Assembly: GCA_041687695.1 (NCBI GenBank)
Contig: JAWLBL010000007.1
Span: 96,001 to 160,000 of the forward strand
Direction of reading: 5' to 3'
Source: Myxococcota bacterium
Lineage (GTDB): Bacteria; Myxococcota_A; UBA9042; PHBI01; JAWLBL01
DNA length: 64,000 bases
Part shown: positions 44,135 to 53,074 of the stretch, piece after piece
How the letters are laid out: each line of letters starts with the position of its first letter
Position numbering within the stretch: position 1 is the stretch's first letter
Notes under the pieces: model-generated
What the model was told of the DNA's origin: nothing
Seen by the model: the letters and a program-made list of their open reading frames with translations, nothing else
Databases searched by the model: none
Position numbers and translations under genes: made by a program

Positions 44135-45985
44135 CTACGCCAGGGGCAGCGCGATCTGAAAGGTCGTGCCGCGTCCGGGCTCCGAGTGCACCGCGAGCTC
44201 GCCACCGTGCTCGTCGACGATCTTCTTGACGATGGCGAGACCCAGGCCTGTTCCGTGCTTCTTTCCGAAGGTCGCGAAGGGGTCGAACAGCCGCCCCGCC
44301 AGCTGCGGCGGGAGGCCCGGACCGTCGTCCGCGAACGTGAACAGTACCCTGTCAGCGTTTTGTTCCACTCGGATGTGGAATCTCCCACCCTGAGGCATCG
44401 CCTCGCGGGCGTTGCGGGCCAGGTTGAAGACGACCCGCTTCATCTTGCTCTCGTCCATGCGGACCCCCCCACGGTAGGGGGTCTCGACGACGAGGTCCAC
44501 GCCCGAGCCCGAAAACTCCTCGCGCAGCAGCTCGGAGATCTCCGCCATGAAAGCGGAAATCGACACCTTGCGCAGCAGCACCCGGCTGTCGCCGCGGGCG
44601 AAGGCGAGCAGCTCGCGCGTCATGTCCTCGAGCTGGCCTATCTGCTTGCGGATGGCGTCGCCGTGGACGTCGCGCCGCTCGCGGTCGGCCTCGCGCGCCA
44701 TCAAGGCCGCGTAGCCGCCGATGATCGTCAGCGGCGTCTTCATGTCGTGCACGACGCCCGACAGCATCTGCCCGATGGCGGCGAGGCGCTCGGCCTTCTG
44801 CTCCTCTTCCTGAGCGCGCGCGAGCACGACCGACAGGGCGAGGCGCCCGGCGATGAGCGAGAGCAGGCGCACCTCGCGGGTGTCGAAGCCGCTCGAGAAG
44901 TCCTGCCGGTTGACCAGCATCAGGCAGCCGACGCGCGTGTCCTGGTGGATCATCGGCACGCACACCAGCGTCTCGATGGGCCACGCGTCGGGGCCGGCGC
45001 CCGCCAGGTCGGCCAGCAGCTCGGGATCCTCGCCCGGGCCGCTCACGACCACCGGCTGGCCGCTCGCGAACACCCGCGCGAGCAGCGTCGTGGGGCGCTC
45101 CGGGTCGAGGCGGTGCGCCTCGGGGCCCGCGACGGCGGCGATCCGGAAGCGCTCGCTGCGCCCGTCGAGCACCGCGACCGCCCCCAGCGCGCTGGGGAAC
45201 TCCTGCATCGTCACGTCGAGCACGCCACGCGCCGCCTGGTCCAGGCTGGCGGCCGTCGCTGCGCACCGCTCGATGCCAAAGAGCAGCTCGAGCTCGGCCG
45301 TCCGCTCCTCGAGGCGCATCTGCGTCTCTTGGAGGTCGATGTTCTTTCCGATGAGGTCCAGGTACAGCTTGGAGTTCTGCAGCGCGATGGCCGACTGCGA
45401 GGCGATGGCGGCCAGCAGGTCCTCGTCGGCCGTCGTGAAGTAGCCGCTGCGCTTGTTGAGGACCTGGATGACGCCGATGATCTGCTGGCGCGTGTTGCGC
45501 AGCGGCTGGCACAGGACGCTGCGCGTGCGGAAGCTGCTCTCGCGGTCGGTCGAGACGTCGAAGCGCGGGTCCTTGTAGGCGTCCTTGACGTTGACCTGGC
45601 GGCCGTGGCGCGCGACCCAGCCGGCCAGCCCCTGGCCGACCGGCAGCTCGATGGTGCGCGGGGTCTCGCCGCGCATGACCTTGGACCACAGGCGCTCGCC
45701 GGACTCGTCGAGCAGGAACAGGGTCGCCCGCTCGGCGTCCATCAGGGTCGTCGTCCGCTCCATGACCGCCGTCAGGATGCGGTCGAGGTTGTGCTCGCTG
45801 GCGAGCAGGCGGCTGATGGCCTCGATGCCCCGGAGCTTGAGCTTGGCCAGGCGCAGCTCGTCCTCGAGCTCGTGGACGTGCGCCTCGAGCGTCTCGACGT
45901 GCTCGGCGGCCTCGGCCTCGAGCGACGCCGAGGCCCCCCCGGCGAGGGGGTCCCCGTGCTCGTGACCGGGGCCGGCGGGCTTCAT
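44135..45985 (-). CDS. Cytoplasmic sensor histidine kinase with two GAF domains
   Basis: GAF motifs ([25 protein letters not shown]); HDMKTPL; NLARNA; DDGPG; GTGLGL. Confidence 0.92.
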   Translation of the reverse strand: MKPAGPGHEHGDPLAGGASASLEAEAAEHVETLEAHVHELEDELRLAKLKLRGIEAISRLLASEHNLDRILTAVMERTTTLMDAERATLFLLDESGERLWSKVMRGETPRTIELPVGQGLAGWVARHGRQVNVKDAYKDPRFDVSTDRESSFRTRSVLCQPLRNTRQQIIGVIQVLNKRSGYFTTADEDLLAAIASQSAIALQNSKLYLDLIGKNIDLQETQMRLEERTAELELLFGIERCAATAASLDQAARGVLDVTMQEFPSALGAVAVLDGRSERFRIAAVAGPEAHRLDPERPTTLLARVFASGQPVVVSGPGEDPELLADLAGAGPDAWPIETLVCVPMIHQDTRVGCLMLVNRQDFSSGFDTREVRLLSLIAGRLALSVVLARAQEEEQKAERLAAIGQMLSGVVHDMKTPLTIIGGYAALMAREADRERRDVHGDAIRKQIGQLEDMTRELLAFARGDSRVLLRKVSISAFMAEISELLREEFSGSGVDLVVETPYRGGVRMDESKMKRVVFNLARNAREAMPQGGRFHIRVEQNADRVLFTFADDGPGLPPQLAGRLFDPFATFGKKHGTGLGLAIVKKIVDEHGGELAVHSEPGRGTTFQIALPLA

Positions 45986-45986
45986 C

Positions 45987-48695
45987 TCAGTGGGCCTCGA
46001 GCCACGTGCGGCCGTCCGCCGCGTTGACGTCGAGCGGCACGTCGAGCTGCACGACGCGCTCCATCTCGCGCTTGGCCAGGGCCTTGGCGTCGTCGACCAG
46101 GGCCTCGGGCGCCTCGAAGACCAGCTCGTCGTGCACCTGCAGCAGCATCCGCACCTGGGGCAGCTCGTCCTTCAGCTTGCCCTGGATGGCGATCATCGCC
46201 CGCTTGATGATGTCGGCGGCGCTGCCCTGGATGGGCGTGTTGATGGCGATGCGCTCGGCGGCCTGGCGCGCCATCGCGTTCTTCGAGTGGATGTCGGCGA
46301 CGCGCCGGATGCGCCCCATCATCGTCGAGACCTGCCCGGTCTTGCGCGCGGACTCGAGGGTCTCCTCCTTCCACTCGCGGATGCGCGGGTAGCGGCCGTA
46401 GTAGCGCTCGATGACGTCCTTGGCCTCCTGCCGGCTCAGGTTCTGCTCGCGCGCGAGGCGAAAGGCGCTCATCCCGTAGAGGATGCCGAAGTTGATGGTC
46501 TTGGCCATGTCGCGCTGGCCGCGCGTGACCTCGCCCTCGGCGACGCCGAACAGCTCGCTCGCGGTGCGGCGGTGGATGTCGGCGCCCTCGCGGAAGGCCT
46601 GCTGCATGCGCGGGTCGCCGCACAGGTGCGCCATCAGGCGCAGCTCGATCTGCGAGTAGTCGGCCGAGACGAGGCGGCAGCCCTCGGCCGCGATGAAGCA
46701 CTCGCGGATGCGCCGGCCCTCCTCGGTGCGGATGGGGATGTTCTGCAGGTTCGGGTCGGTCGAGCTGAGGCGCCCGGTCGCCGCGACGGCCTGGTTGTAG
46801 CTGGTGTGGATGCGCCCGGTCTCGGGGTGGACCAGCGTCGGCAGCACGTCGGCGTAGGTCGACTTGAGCTTGGTCAGCTGCCGCCACTGCACGATGAGCG
46901 CGGGCAGCTCGTGCTCGTCGGCCAGCTCCTCGAGCACCTGCTGGTTGGTCGACCAGCCGGTCTTGGTGCGCTTGGTCGCCGGCAGGCCCAGCTTGCCGAA
47001 GAGGATCTCGCCCAGCTGCTTGGGCGAGCCCAGCGAGAACGGCTCGCCGGCCAGCGCGTGGCAGCGCGCCTCGAGCGCGTCGGCGCGGCCGCCCAGCTCC
47101 TTGGACAGCGCGCGCAGGCGCTCCTCGTCGACCCGGACGCCGGCCCGCTCCATCTCGGCCAGGACGTAGGCGAGCGGCAGCTCGAGATCGGCCAGCAGCC
47201 CGTCGACGTTGGCCTCGGCCAGGCGCGGCGTCAGGCACGCGTCGAGCGCCATCGTGACCTGGGCGTCCTCGCACGAGTAGTCGCGCGCGACCTCGAGCAC
47301 GACCTGATCGAAGCGGATCTGGTCGCGCCCGGTGCCCGTCACGTCCGCGAGGCGGGTCGTCTTGTGGTTGAGGTGGTCGAGCGCAATGTTGTCCAGGGTG
47401 TGCTGGTACTTGTCGGCGTCGAGCAGGTAGCTGGCCAGGCACGGGTCGAAGCGCACGCCGCGCAGGGCCACGCCGTGGCGGGCCAGGATCTGCACGGCGG
47501 CCTTGAGATCGGCGGCCAGCTTGGGCTTGCCGGCGTCCTCGAGCAGCGGGCGCAGCGCCGCCAGCACCCGCGACATGGCCAGCTGCCCCAACGACTGGTG
47601 GCCGACCGGGACGTACCAGGCGCGCCGGGTGTCCACCGCGAAGGCGATGCCGCACAGGCAGGCCGAGACGGGGTGGGTGCTGGTGACCTGGGTGGCGAGC
47701 GCGAACTGGTCGGCCTCGGTCAGCGTCTGGACCAGGGCGTCCAGGGCCGCGTCGTCGGTGACCAGCGCGAAGCCGTCCTTGCCCAGGGCGACCGTTTGCG
47801 GCAGGCCGGCCTCGGCGTCGTGGAACTCGCGGTGCCAGGTCTTGAACTCGAGGCGCGCGAACAGCTCGGTCAGCGCGGCGCGGTCGGGCTCGCAGCACGT
47901 GAGGTCGTCCAGGGTGACGTCCAGCGGCACCTCGGTGGCCACGGTGGCCAGCTTCTGCGACAGGAAGGCCGCCTCGCGGTTGTTCTCGAGGGTCTCCTTG
48001 CGCTTGCCCTTGAGCTTGTCGAGGTTGGCGTAGATGCCCTCGAGGGTGCCGTAGTCGGCCAGCAGGCTGGCGGCGGTCTTGGCGCCGATGCCGGGCACGC
48101 CCGGGATGTTGTCGACGCTGTCGCCCATCAGCGCCAGCAGGTCGACGATCTGCTCGGGCCGCACGCCCATCTTCTCGAAGACCTCGGCCGGGCCGTAGCG
48201 CTTGTCCTTCATCGTGTCGAGCATCTCGACCTCGCCCGAGACGAGCTGCATCAGGTCCTTGTCGCTCGAGACGATGGTCGTGTGGATGCCGGCCTGCCGC
48301 GCCTGCGTGGCCAGGGTCGCCAGGATGTCGTCGGCCTCCCAGCCCTCCAGCTCGATGGCCGGGATGCGGAAGGCGCGCGTCACCTCGCGGACCAGGCCGA
48401 ACTGGGGCACCAGATCGGGCGGCGCCTCGGGGCGGTGCGCCTTGTACTCGGCGTACATGTCGTTGCGGAAGCTGTACGCGGACTTGTCGAACACGACCGC
48501 CAGCATGTCCGGCCTGGCCTCGCGGACCAGCTTGAGCAGCATCGCCGTGAAGCCGTAGACGGCGTTCGTCGGCAGCCCCTGGCTGTTGGACAGCGAGCGG
48601 ATGGCGAAGAAGGCGCGGAAGATGTAGGTGCTCCCGTCGACGAGGTAGAGCGTCTTCGGGGCGGCGGCGGGCGCGGTGGCGTCGGTCATCGGCAT
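45987..48695 (-). CDS. polA: DNA polymerase I
   Basis: 5'-3' exonuclease (LVDGS, EADD, DKD, GDSVDNIPGVPGIG); polymerase motifs TGRLSS, DYSQIELR, AKTINFG, QVHDEL. Confidence 0.98.
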   Translation of the reverse strand: MPMTDATAPAAAPKTLYLVDGSTYIFRAFFAIRSLSNSQGLPTNAVYGFTAMLLKLVREARPDMLAVVFDKSAYSFRNDMYAEYKAHRPEAPPDLVPQFGLVREVTRAFRIPAIELEGWEADDILATLATQARQAGIHTTIVSSDKDLMQLVSGEVEMLDTMKDKRYGPAEVFEKMGVRPEQIVDLLALMGDSVDNIPGVPGIGAKTAASLLADYGTLEGIYANLDKLKGKRKETLENNREAAFLSQKLATVATEVPLDVTLDDLTCCEPDRAALTELFARLEFKTWHREFHDAEAGLPQTVALGKDGFALVTDDAALDALVQTLTEADQFALATQVTSTHPVSACLCGIAFAVDTRRAWYVPVGHQSLGQLAMSRVLAALRPLLEDAGKPKLAADLKAAVQILARHGVALRGVRFDPCLASYLLDADKYQHTLDNIALDHLNHKTTRLADVTGTGRDQIRFDQVVLEVARDYSCEDAQVTMALDACLTPRLAEANVDGLLADLELPLAYVLAEMERAGVRVDEERLRALSKELGGRADALEARCHALAGEPFSLGSPKQLGEILFGKLGLPATKRTKTGWSTNQQVLEELADEHELPALIVQWRQLTKLKSTYADVLPTLVHPETGRIHTSYNQAVAATGRLSSTDPNLQNIPIRTEEGRRIRECFIAAEGCRLVSADYSQIELRLMAHLCGDPRMQQAFREGADIHRRTASELFGVAEGEVTRGQRDMAKTINFGILYGMSAFRLAREQNLSRQEAKDVIERYYGRYPRIREWKEETLESARKTGQVSTMMGRIRRVADIHSKNAMARQAAERIAINTPIQGSAADIIKRAMIAIQGKLKDELPQVRMLLQVHDELVFEAPEALVDDAKALAKREMERVVQLDVPLDVNAADGRTWLEAH

Positions 48696-48777
48696 GTCCG
48701 GTCAACACGGTGGGCGGGGCAATCATCCCACCTCGAACCGGGCCTTGTCGACCGCGACGAGCCGGGGATCGGGGCCG

Positions 48778-49038
48778 TCAGCCGGGCCGGATCTTCTTGG
48801 GCTTGCAGGCCAGCGCGTCCTCGGGGGTCGCCGCATCGGCCAGGCACTGCACGCGGGCCTCGTCCCAGGCGGTGACGCAGGCCGAGACGAAGCGGTCGTG
48901 CTCGGCGGCGGTCGGCGTGCGCTGGGCCAGCTCGAGCAGGTGCTCGTAGGCTTCGGCGCATCGGAGCGGGCGCTGGTTGCACGCCCCGAAGGCCAGCGTC
49001 GCGAGCAGCCCCGCGAGGATTACCGGTTGACGGCGCAT
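48778..49038 (-). CDS. Small Cys-containing lipoprotein
   Basis: Lipobox AFGA-C; CAEAYEH...ACV...QCL...AC. Confidence 0.7.
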   Translation of the reverse strand: MRRQPVILAGLLATLAFGACNQRPLRCAEAYEHLLELAQRTPTAAEHDRFVSACVTAWDEARVQCLADAATPEDALACKPKKIRPG

Positions 49039-49094
49039 CGGGGGGTTCGTAATGCGCGGGGGCCGCGCGGTCAAGCGCGGGCGGAGTGTCCGGG

Positions 49095-50126
49095 ATGGAG
49101 CAGCGGGGGCCGCAGGGCGAGGCAGCGGGGCAGGGGGCCGACGGTCCGGCGGCGCGGTCCGAGCGCGTCAAGGCGCACGCGCGCCGGCTCGGCTTCGACC
49201 TCGTCGGCATCGCGCCGACCGAGGTGCCCGAGGCCTTCGGCCGCTTCGAGGCCGCCATGGACGCCGGCTACGGGGCCGACATGCGCTGGCTGACCGACGC
49301 CCGGCAGGCCCGCCGCAGCGCCACCGAGGTGCAGCCCGACGCGCGCTCCGTCGTGGTCGTCGGCGTCAGCTACGCCTCGGACACGCCCGGCTACCTGGCG
49401 GCGCCGCCCGGCCCCGACGAGGGCTGGATCTCGCGCTACGCCCAGGGCAAGGACTACCACGCCCACGTCCGCAAGATGCTGGTGAACCTGGTCCGCGCCT
49501 TCCAGGACGATCCCAAGCTGGGCTTGCCCAGCCACCGCCATCGCGTCTTCACCGACACCGGGCCGGTGCTCGAGAAGGCCTTCGCCCAGCGCGCCGGCCT
49601 CGGCTGGATCGGCAAGAACGCGCTCCTGGTCAGCCGCTCCCACGGCTCGTGGGTGTTCCTGGGGGTCGTCCTCACCCCGCTCGACCTCGCCCCCGACGCG
49701 CCCGGCGTCGACCACTGCGGCAGCTGCCGCCGCTGCCTCGACGTGTGCCCGACCGACGCCTTCCCGCGGCCCTACGTGCTGGACGCGCGCCGCTGCATCT
49801 CGGCCTGGACCATCGAGTCCGACGAGCCGCAGGCCGTCATCGATCCGAGCGCCCTGGGTCAGCACGTCTTCGGCTGCGACCTGTGCCAGGAGGTCTGCCC
49901 CTGGAACCGCAAAGCGCCGCCCACGCGCCACGCTCCGCTCGCTCCGCGGCCCGAGAACGTGCGGCCTCGGCTGGACGCCCTGCTGGCTCTGGACGAGGAT
50001 GCCTTCAAGGCGCGCTTCCCCAAGTCGGCGGTCCGCCGGGTCGACGCCCACCGCATGGGCAGCGTCATCCGCGTCATCCAGGCCCGCGACGCCGCGGCGC
50101 CCCCCTCCGACTCCCTCGAGGAATAG
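49095..50126 (+). CDS. queG: Epoxyqueuosine reductase
   Basis: GFDLVGIA, ISRYAQGKDYH, DTGPVLEK, GLGWIGKN, CGSCRRCLDVCPT, GCDLCQEVCPWN. Confidence 0.95.
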   Translation: MEQRGPQGEAAGQGADGPAARSERVKAHARRLGFDLVGIAPTEVPEAFGRFEAAMDAGYGADMRWLTDARQARRSATEVQPDARSVVVVGVSYASDTPGYLAAPPGPDEGWISRYAQGKDYHAHVRKMLVNLVRAFQDDPKLGLPSHRHRVFTDTGPVLEKAFAQRAGLGWIGKNALLVSRSHGSWVFLGVVLTPLDLAPDAPGVDHCGSCRRCLDVCPTDAFPRPYVLDARRCISAWTIESDEPQAVIDPSALGQHVFGCDLCQEVCPWNRKAPPTRHAPLAPRPENVRPRLDALLALDEDAFKARFPKSAVRRVDAHRMGSVIRVIQARDAAAPPSDSLEE

Positions 50127-50127
50127 G

Positions 50128-52527
50128 ATGGCCGAACCCGAAGCCTCCTCGGCCGCCCCCGCGCGGCGTGGCCCCCTGCAGCTCGAGCTCCTCGAACCCG
50201 AGCGCCCCGAGGCGCGCACCGTCGAGGAGCTGCCGGACGTGATGGAGGTGCTCAACGCGCCCGCCCGCCGGCCGCCGCACCTCGACCGCGTCCTCTTTCG
50301 CCTCCACGGCCTGCTCGAGCCCAGCCAGGCGCGCCGCATCGAGCGCCGCCTGCTCGCGCTCTCCGGCGTCGTCGAGGCCCGCGTCAACGATCGCCTCGAC
50401 CGCCTCCACGTCAGCCTGATCGGCCGCAAGCACGAGCAGGGCTTCCTGGTCTCGCTCCTCGAAGGCTACGGCGTCATCGCCACGGTCCCTGGCGAGGAGC
50501 AGCGCCGCCTCGCCCTCGAGCGCGCCACCGAGCGCCGCGTCCTCGAGATCACCGCCCGGCGCACCCTGTGGCTGGCCCTGCCGGCGTTGGCGATGGGCCT
50601 GGTGCACGACTACGCGCTGGGTCTGAACCTGCAGCTGCGGGCCATCGCCCTGGACATCCAGGCCGTGCTGACGGTCGGCCTCGTCATGTGGGCCGCCTTG
50701 CCGTCCATCGGCCGCGCCATCCGCCGCGCGCTCGCGGGCCGCCCGACGGCCGATCTCCTGCCCATGGTCACCGGCCTGGGCCTGTTCGCCGCAAGCATCG
50801 TCATCTTCTTCACCGGCGGCCGCCCCCAGTTCAACGCCATCGTCCTGGCCATCGGCGGCGCCGTCTGGCTCGAGGCCATGGGCAGCCGCCTGCGCGACGC
50901 CGCCCGGACCCCGCTGCGCGCCCTGCGCGCCCGGCTGCCCGAAGAGGCGCAGGTCCTGCAGCCGGGCGGCCCGGCGACGGTCCTGGCCGACGACGTCACC
51001 GTGGGCGACGTGGTCATCGTGCGCGAGTCGATGATCGTGCCGGCCGACGGCGTGGCGCTGGCCGGCGAGGCGGTCCTCGACGGCGGGCGCGCCTTCGGGA
51101 CGGCCTCGCGCCTGCAGTGCATCGCGGGCGACAAGGTCTGGGCCGGCATGCGGGTCGAGAGCGGGGCGCTGGCCGTCCGCACCTCGCGCGAGGCGCGGGC
51201 CTCGTCGGTCGCCCGCATCTCGCAGCTGCTCGAAGAGGTCGGCCAGTCGCAGGCCTGGCTGGGCAGCCGCACGCGCCGCTTCGTCCGGGGCGTGTCGGTC
51301 CTGGCGATCATGGTGGCGGTCGCCATCCTGGTCGGCCGCTACATCGTCGACGGCACGATGGGCACCCTCACCCACGGCGCCATCCACGCGGCGCTCACGG
51401 CGCTGCTCGCGGCGGCCCCGCTGGCGGCGGCGCGTCTGTACGACCCGACGCTGCTGGCGACCATCGGCGTCGGGGTGGACCGCGGCATCCTGTTCCGCGA
51501 CACGCGCGCGGCCGAAGCGCTGGCCGAGGTGCGCGCCATGGTCTTCGACAAGACCGGCACGCTGACGGTCGGGCGGCCCGAGGTCGAGGGCTGGGTGCTC
51601 GCCGAGGACGCCGACCGGGCGCAGGTGCTGGGCCTGGTCCTGAGCCTCGAGGGCGAGGACGATCACCCGGTGGCGCGGGCCCTGGCCAGCTTCGCCAAGG
51701 TGGGGCTCGAGGACGTGAACCTGGCGCCCGAGCTGGGCAGCCGCGAGGCCCAGCCGGGGCGCGGCATCCTGGCCTACACGGCCGACGGCAACGAGGTGCG
51801 CCTGGGCAACCGTGAGCTGATGCTCGAGGCCGGCATCGCGCTCGAGGACGGCCCCTCGACCGTCACCGGCGACGCCGTGCGCGGCAACCCGGCCGTGGAC
51901 TCCGAGGACAGCACCCACACGGTGGTCTACCTGTCGGTCAACCGGCAGGTCCTGGCGCGCTTCCACCTGTACGACCCCGTGCGGTCGGGGGTGCGCAAGG
52001 ATCTCGAGCGCCTCGTCAAGATGGGCATCCGCCTGTCCGTCGTGACCGGCGACTCCGAGCGCTCGGCGCGCGCCGTGGCCGAGGTGGCGGGCATCGGCCA
52101 GGTGACGGGCGGGCTCAGCGGCGAGGAGATGCAGGGCTGGCTGCGCGCGCAGCGGCAGCGGGCGTCAGGGCGGGTGGCCCTGGTGGCCGACGGCTGGCAG
52201 GACGCCGAGTCGCGCAAGGCCGCGGACGTCAGCGTCTTGTTCGGCACCGGCATGGCGGTCGGCGCCCTGGAGGACGACGTCACCATCCTGCGCGCCGAGC
52301 TGACCAGCCTGGTCGAGGCCGTGCGCCTCGCCCGCCGCGCGCGCACGACGGCGCGGCGCGCGGGGCTGCTGCTGGGCCTGTACTCGGCCATCGTCTGGGC
52401 GGTGGCGAGCATGGATCTCTTCGAGATGGCCCTGGCGCCCTTCGCGGCCCTGTTGTTCTCGGCCATCGTGGGCCTGTACGGCCTCGACGAGGTCTACCGG
52501 CACGGGCGCGAGCCGGGAGGCGGCTGA
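50128..52527 (+). CDS. Degenerate P1B-type (heavy-metal) P-type ATPase
   Basis: FDKTGTLT, HP, PGRGI, VTGD and PADG retained; several other key motifs altered (see findings). Confidence 0.85.
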   Translation: MAEPEASSAAPARRGPLQLELLEPERPEARTVEELPDVMEVLNAPARRPPHLDRVLFRLHGLLEPSQARRIERRLLALSGVVEARVNDRLDRLHVSLIGRKHEQGFLVSLLEGYGVIATVPGEEQRRLALERATERRVLEITARRTLWLALPALAMGLVHDYALGLNLQLRAIALDIQAVLTVGLVMWAALPSIGRAIRRALAGRPTADLLPMVTGLGLFAASIVIFFTGGRPQFNAIVLAIGGAVWLEAMGSRLRDAARTPLRALRARLPEEAQVLQPGGPATVLADDVTVGDVVIVRESMIVPADGVALAGEAVLDGGRAFGTASRLQCIAGDKVWAGMRVESGALAVRTSREARASSVARISQLLEEVGQSQAWLGSRTRRFVRGVSVLAIMVAVAILVGRYIVDGTMGTLTHGAIHAALTALLAAAPLAAARLYDPTLLATIGVGVDRGILFRDTRAAEALAEVRAMVFDKTGTLTVGRPEVEGWVLAEDADRAQVLGLVLSLEGEDDHPVARALASFAKVGLEDVNLAPELGSREAQPGRGILAYTADGNEVRLGNRELMLEAGIALEDGPSTVTGDAVRGNPAVDSEDSTHTVVYLSVNRQVLARFHLYDPVRSGVRKDLERLVKMGIRLSVVTGDSERSARAVAEVAGIGQVTGGLSGEEMQGWLRAQRQRASGRVALVADGWQDAESRKAADVSVLFGTGMAVGALEDDVTILRAELTSLVEAVRLARRARTTARRAGLLLGLYSAIVWAVASMDLFEMALAPFAALLFSAIVGLYGLDEVYRHGREPGGG

Positions 52528-52595
52528 GGCCGCCGGGAGGCGCCTCGCCGCGGGCGCCCAGGGCTGCTCGCGGCGCCTTGGGCTGCTCGCAGCGC

Positions 52596-52832
52596 CTAGG
52601 GCTGCTCGCAGCGGTTGTCGCTGCACACCTGACCGCTCTCGCAGTCGGCGTCCTCCTTGCACGACAGCGCCTCGCACTGGCCGGTCGTCACACGGCAGAC
52701 CTGGGCGGCCGGGCAGTCGAAGTCGTTCGCGCAGCCGGACTCGGAGTCGCAGCCGACGCCGAGGAGGGAGGCGAGCACGAGGGCGAAGGCGGCCAGACCG
52801 ACGGCCCGGTGGGAGACGAGCGGGAGGCGCAT
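52596..52832 (-). CDS. Small Cys-rich lipoprotein (two C-x4-C-x5-C repeats)
   Basis: Lipobox LGVG-C; CANDFDCPAAQVC and CKEDADCESGQVC. Confidence 0.75.
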   Translation of the reverse strand: MRLPLVSHRAVGLAAFALVLASLLGVGCDSESGCANDFDCPAAQVCRVTTGQCEALSCKEDADCESGQVCSDNRCEQP

Positions 52833-52876
52833 GGCAGGTCCGTGTTCCGTGCTGGGTGCGATTCGGGCTTCGAAAC

Positions 52877-52909
52877 GACGAAGCCACAGGCAGGGCCTGT
52901 GGCTTCGTC
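52877..52909 (-). terminator. Probable intrinsic terminator of the tRNA gene
   Basis: Perfect 15-bp stem GACGAAGCCACAGGC/GCCTGTGGCTTCGTC, followed by GTTT on the minus strand. Confidence 0.75.
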
Positions 52910-52921
52910 CTCAACTGCGGG

Positions 52922-52997
52922 TGGTGGAGCCGATCGGGGTCGAACCGACGACCTCATGAATGCCATTCATGCGCTCTACCAACTGAGCTACGGCCCC
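52922..52997 (-). tRNA. tRNA-Ala (GGC)
   Basis: GGGGCCGTAGCTCAGTTGGTAGAGCG-CATGA-ATGGCAT-TCATG-AGGTCGTCGGTTCGACCCCGATCGGCTCCACCA; 76 nt, G3:U70, encoded CCA. Confidence 0.97.
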
Positions 52998-53074
52998 TCA
53001 GCGAGGTGGGCGCTAGGTAACACCGGCTTCGGCGACAGGCAAGAGGTTTTGTCGTCAAAAAGTGCAGGGCCGGG

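Noticed and set aside
44361..44382. TTCCAC-N6-GTGGAA palindrome resembling a split parS site
   Set aside because: parS has no spacer, and the site lies in kinase coding sequence (FHIRVE) and is explainable by codons
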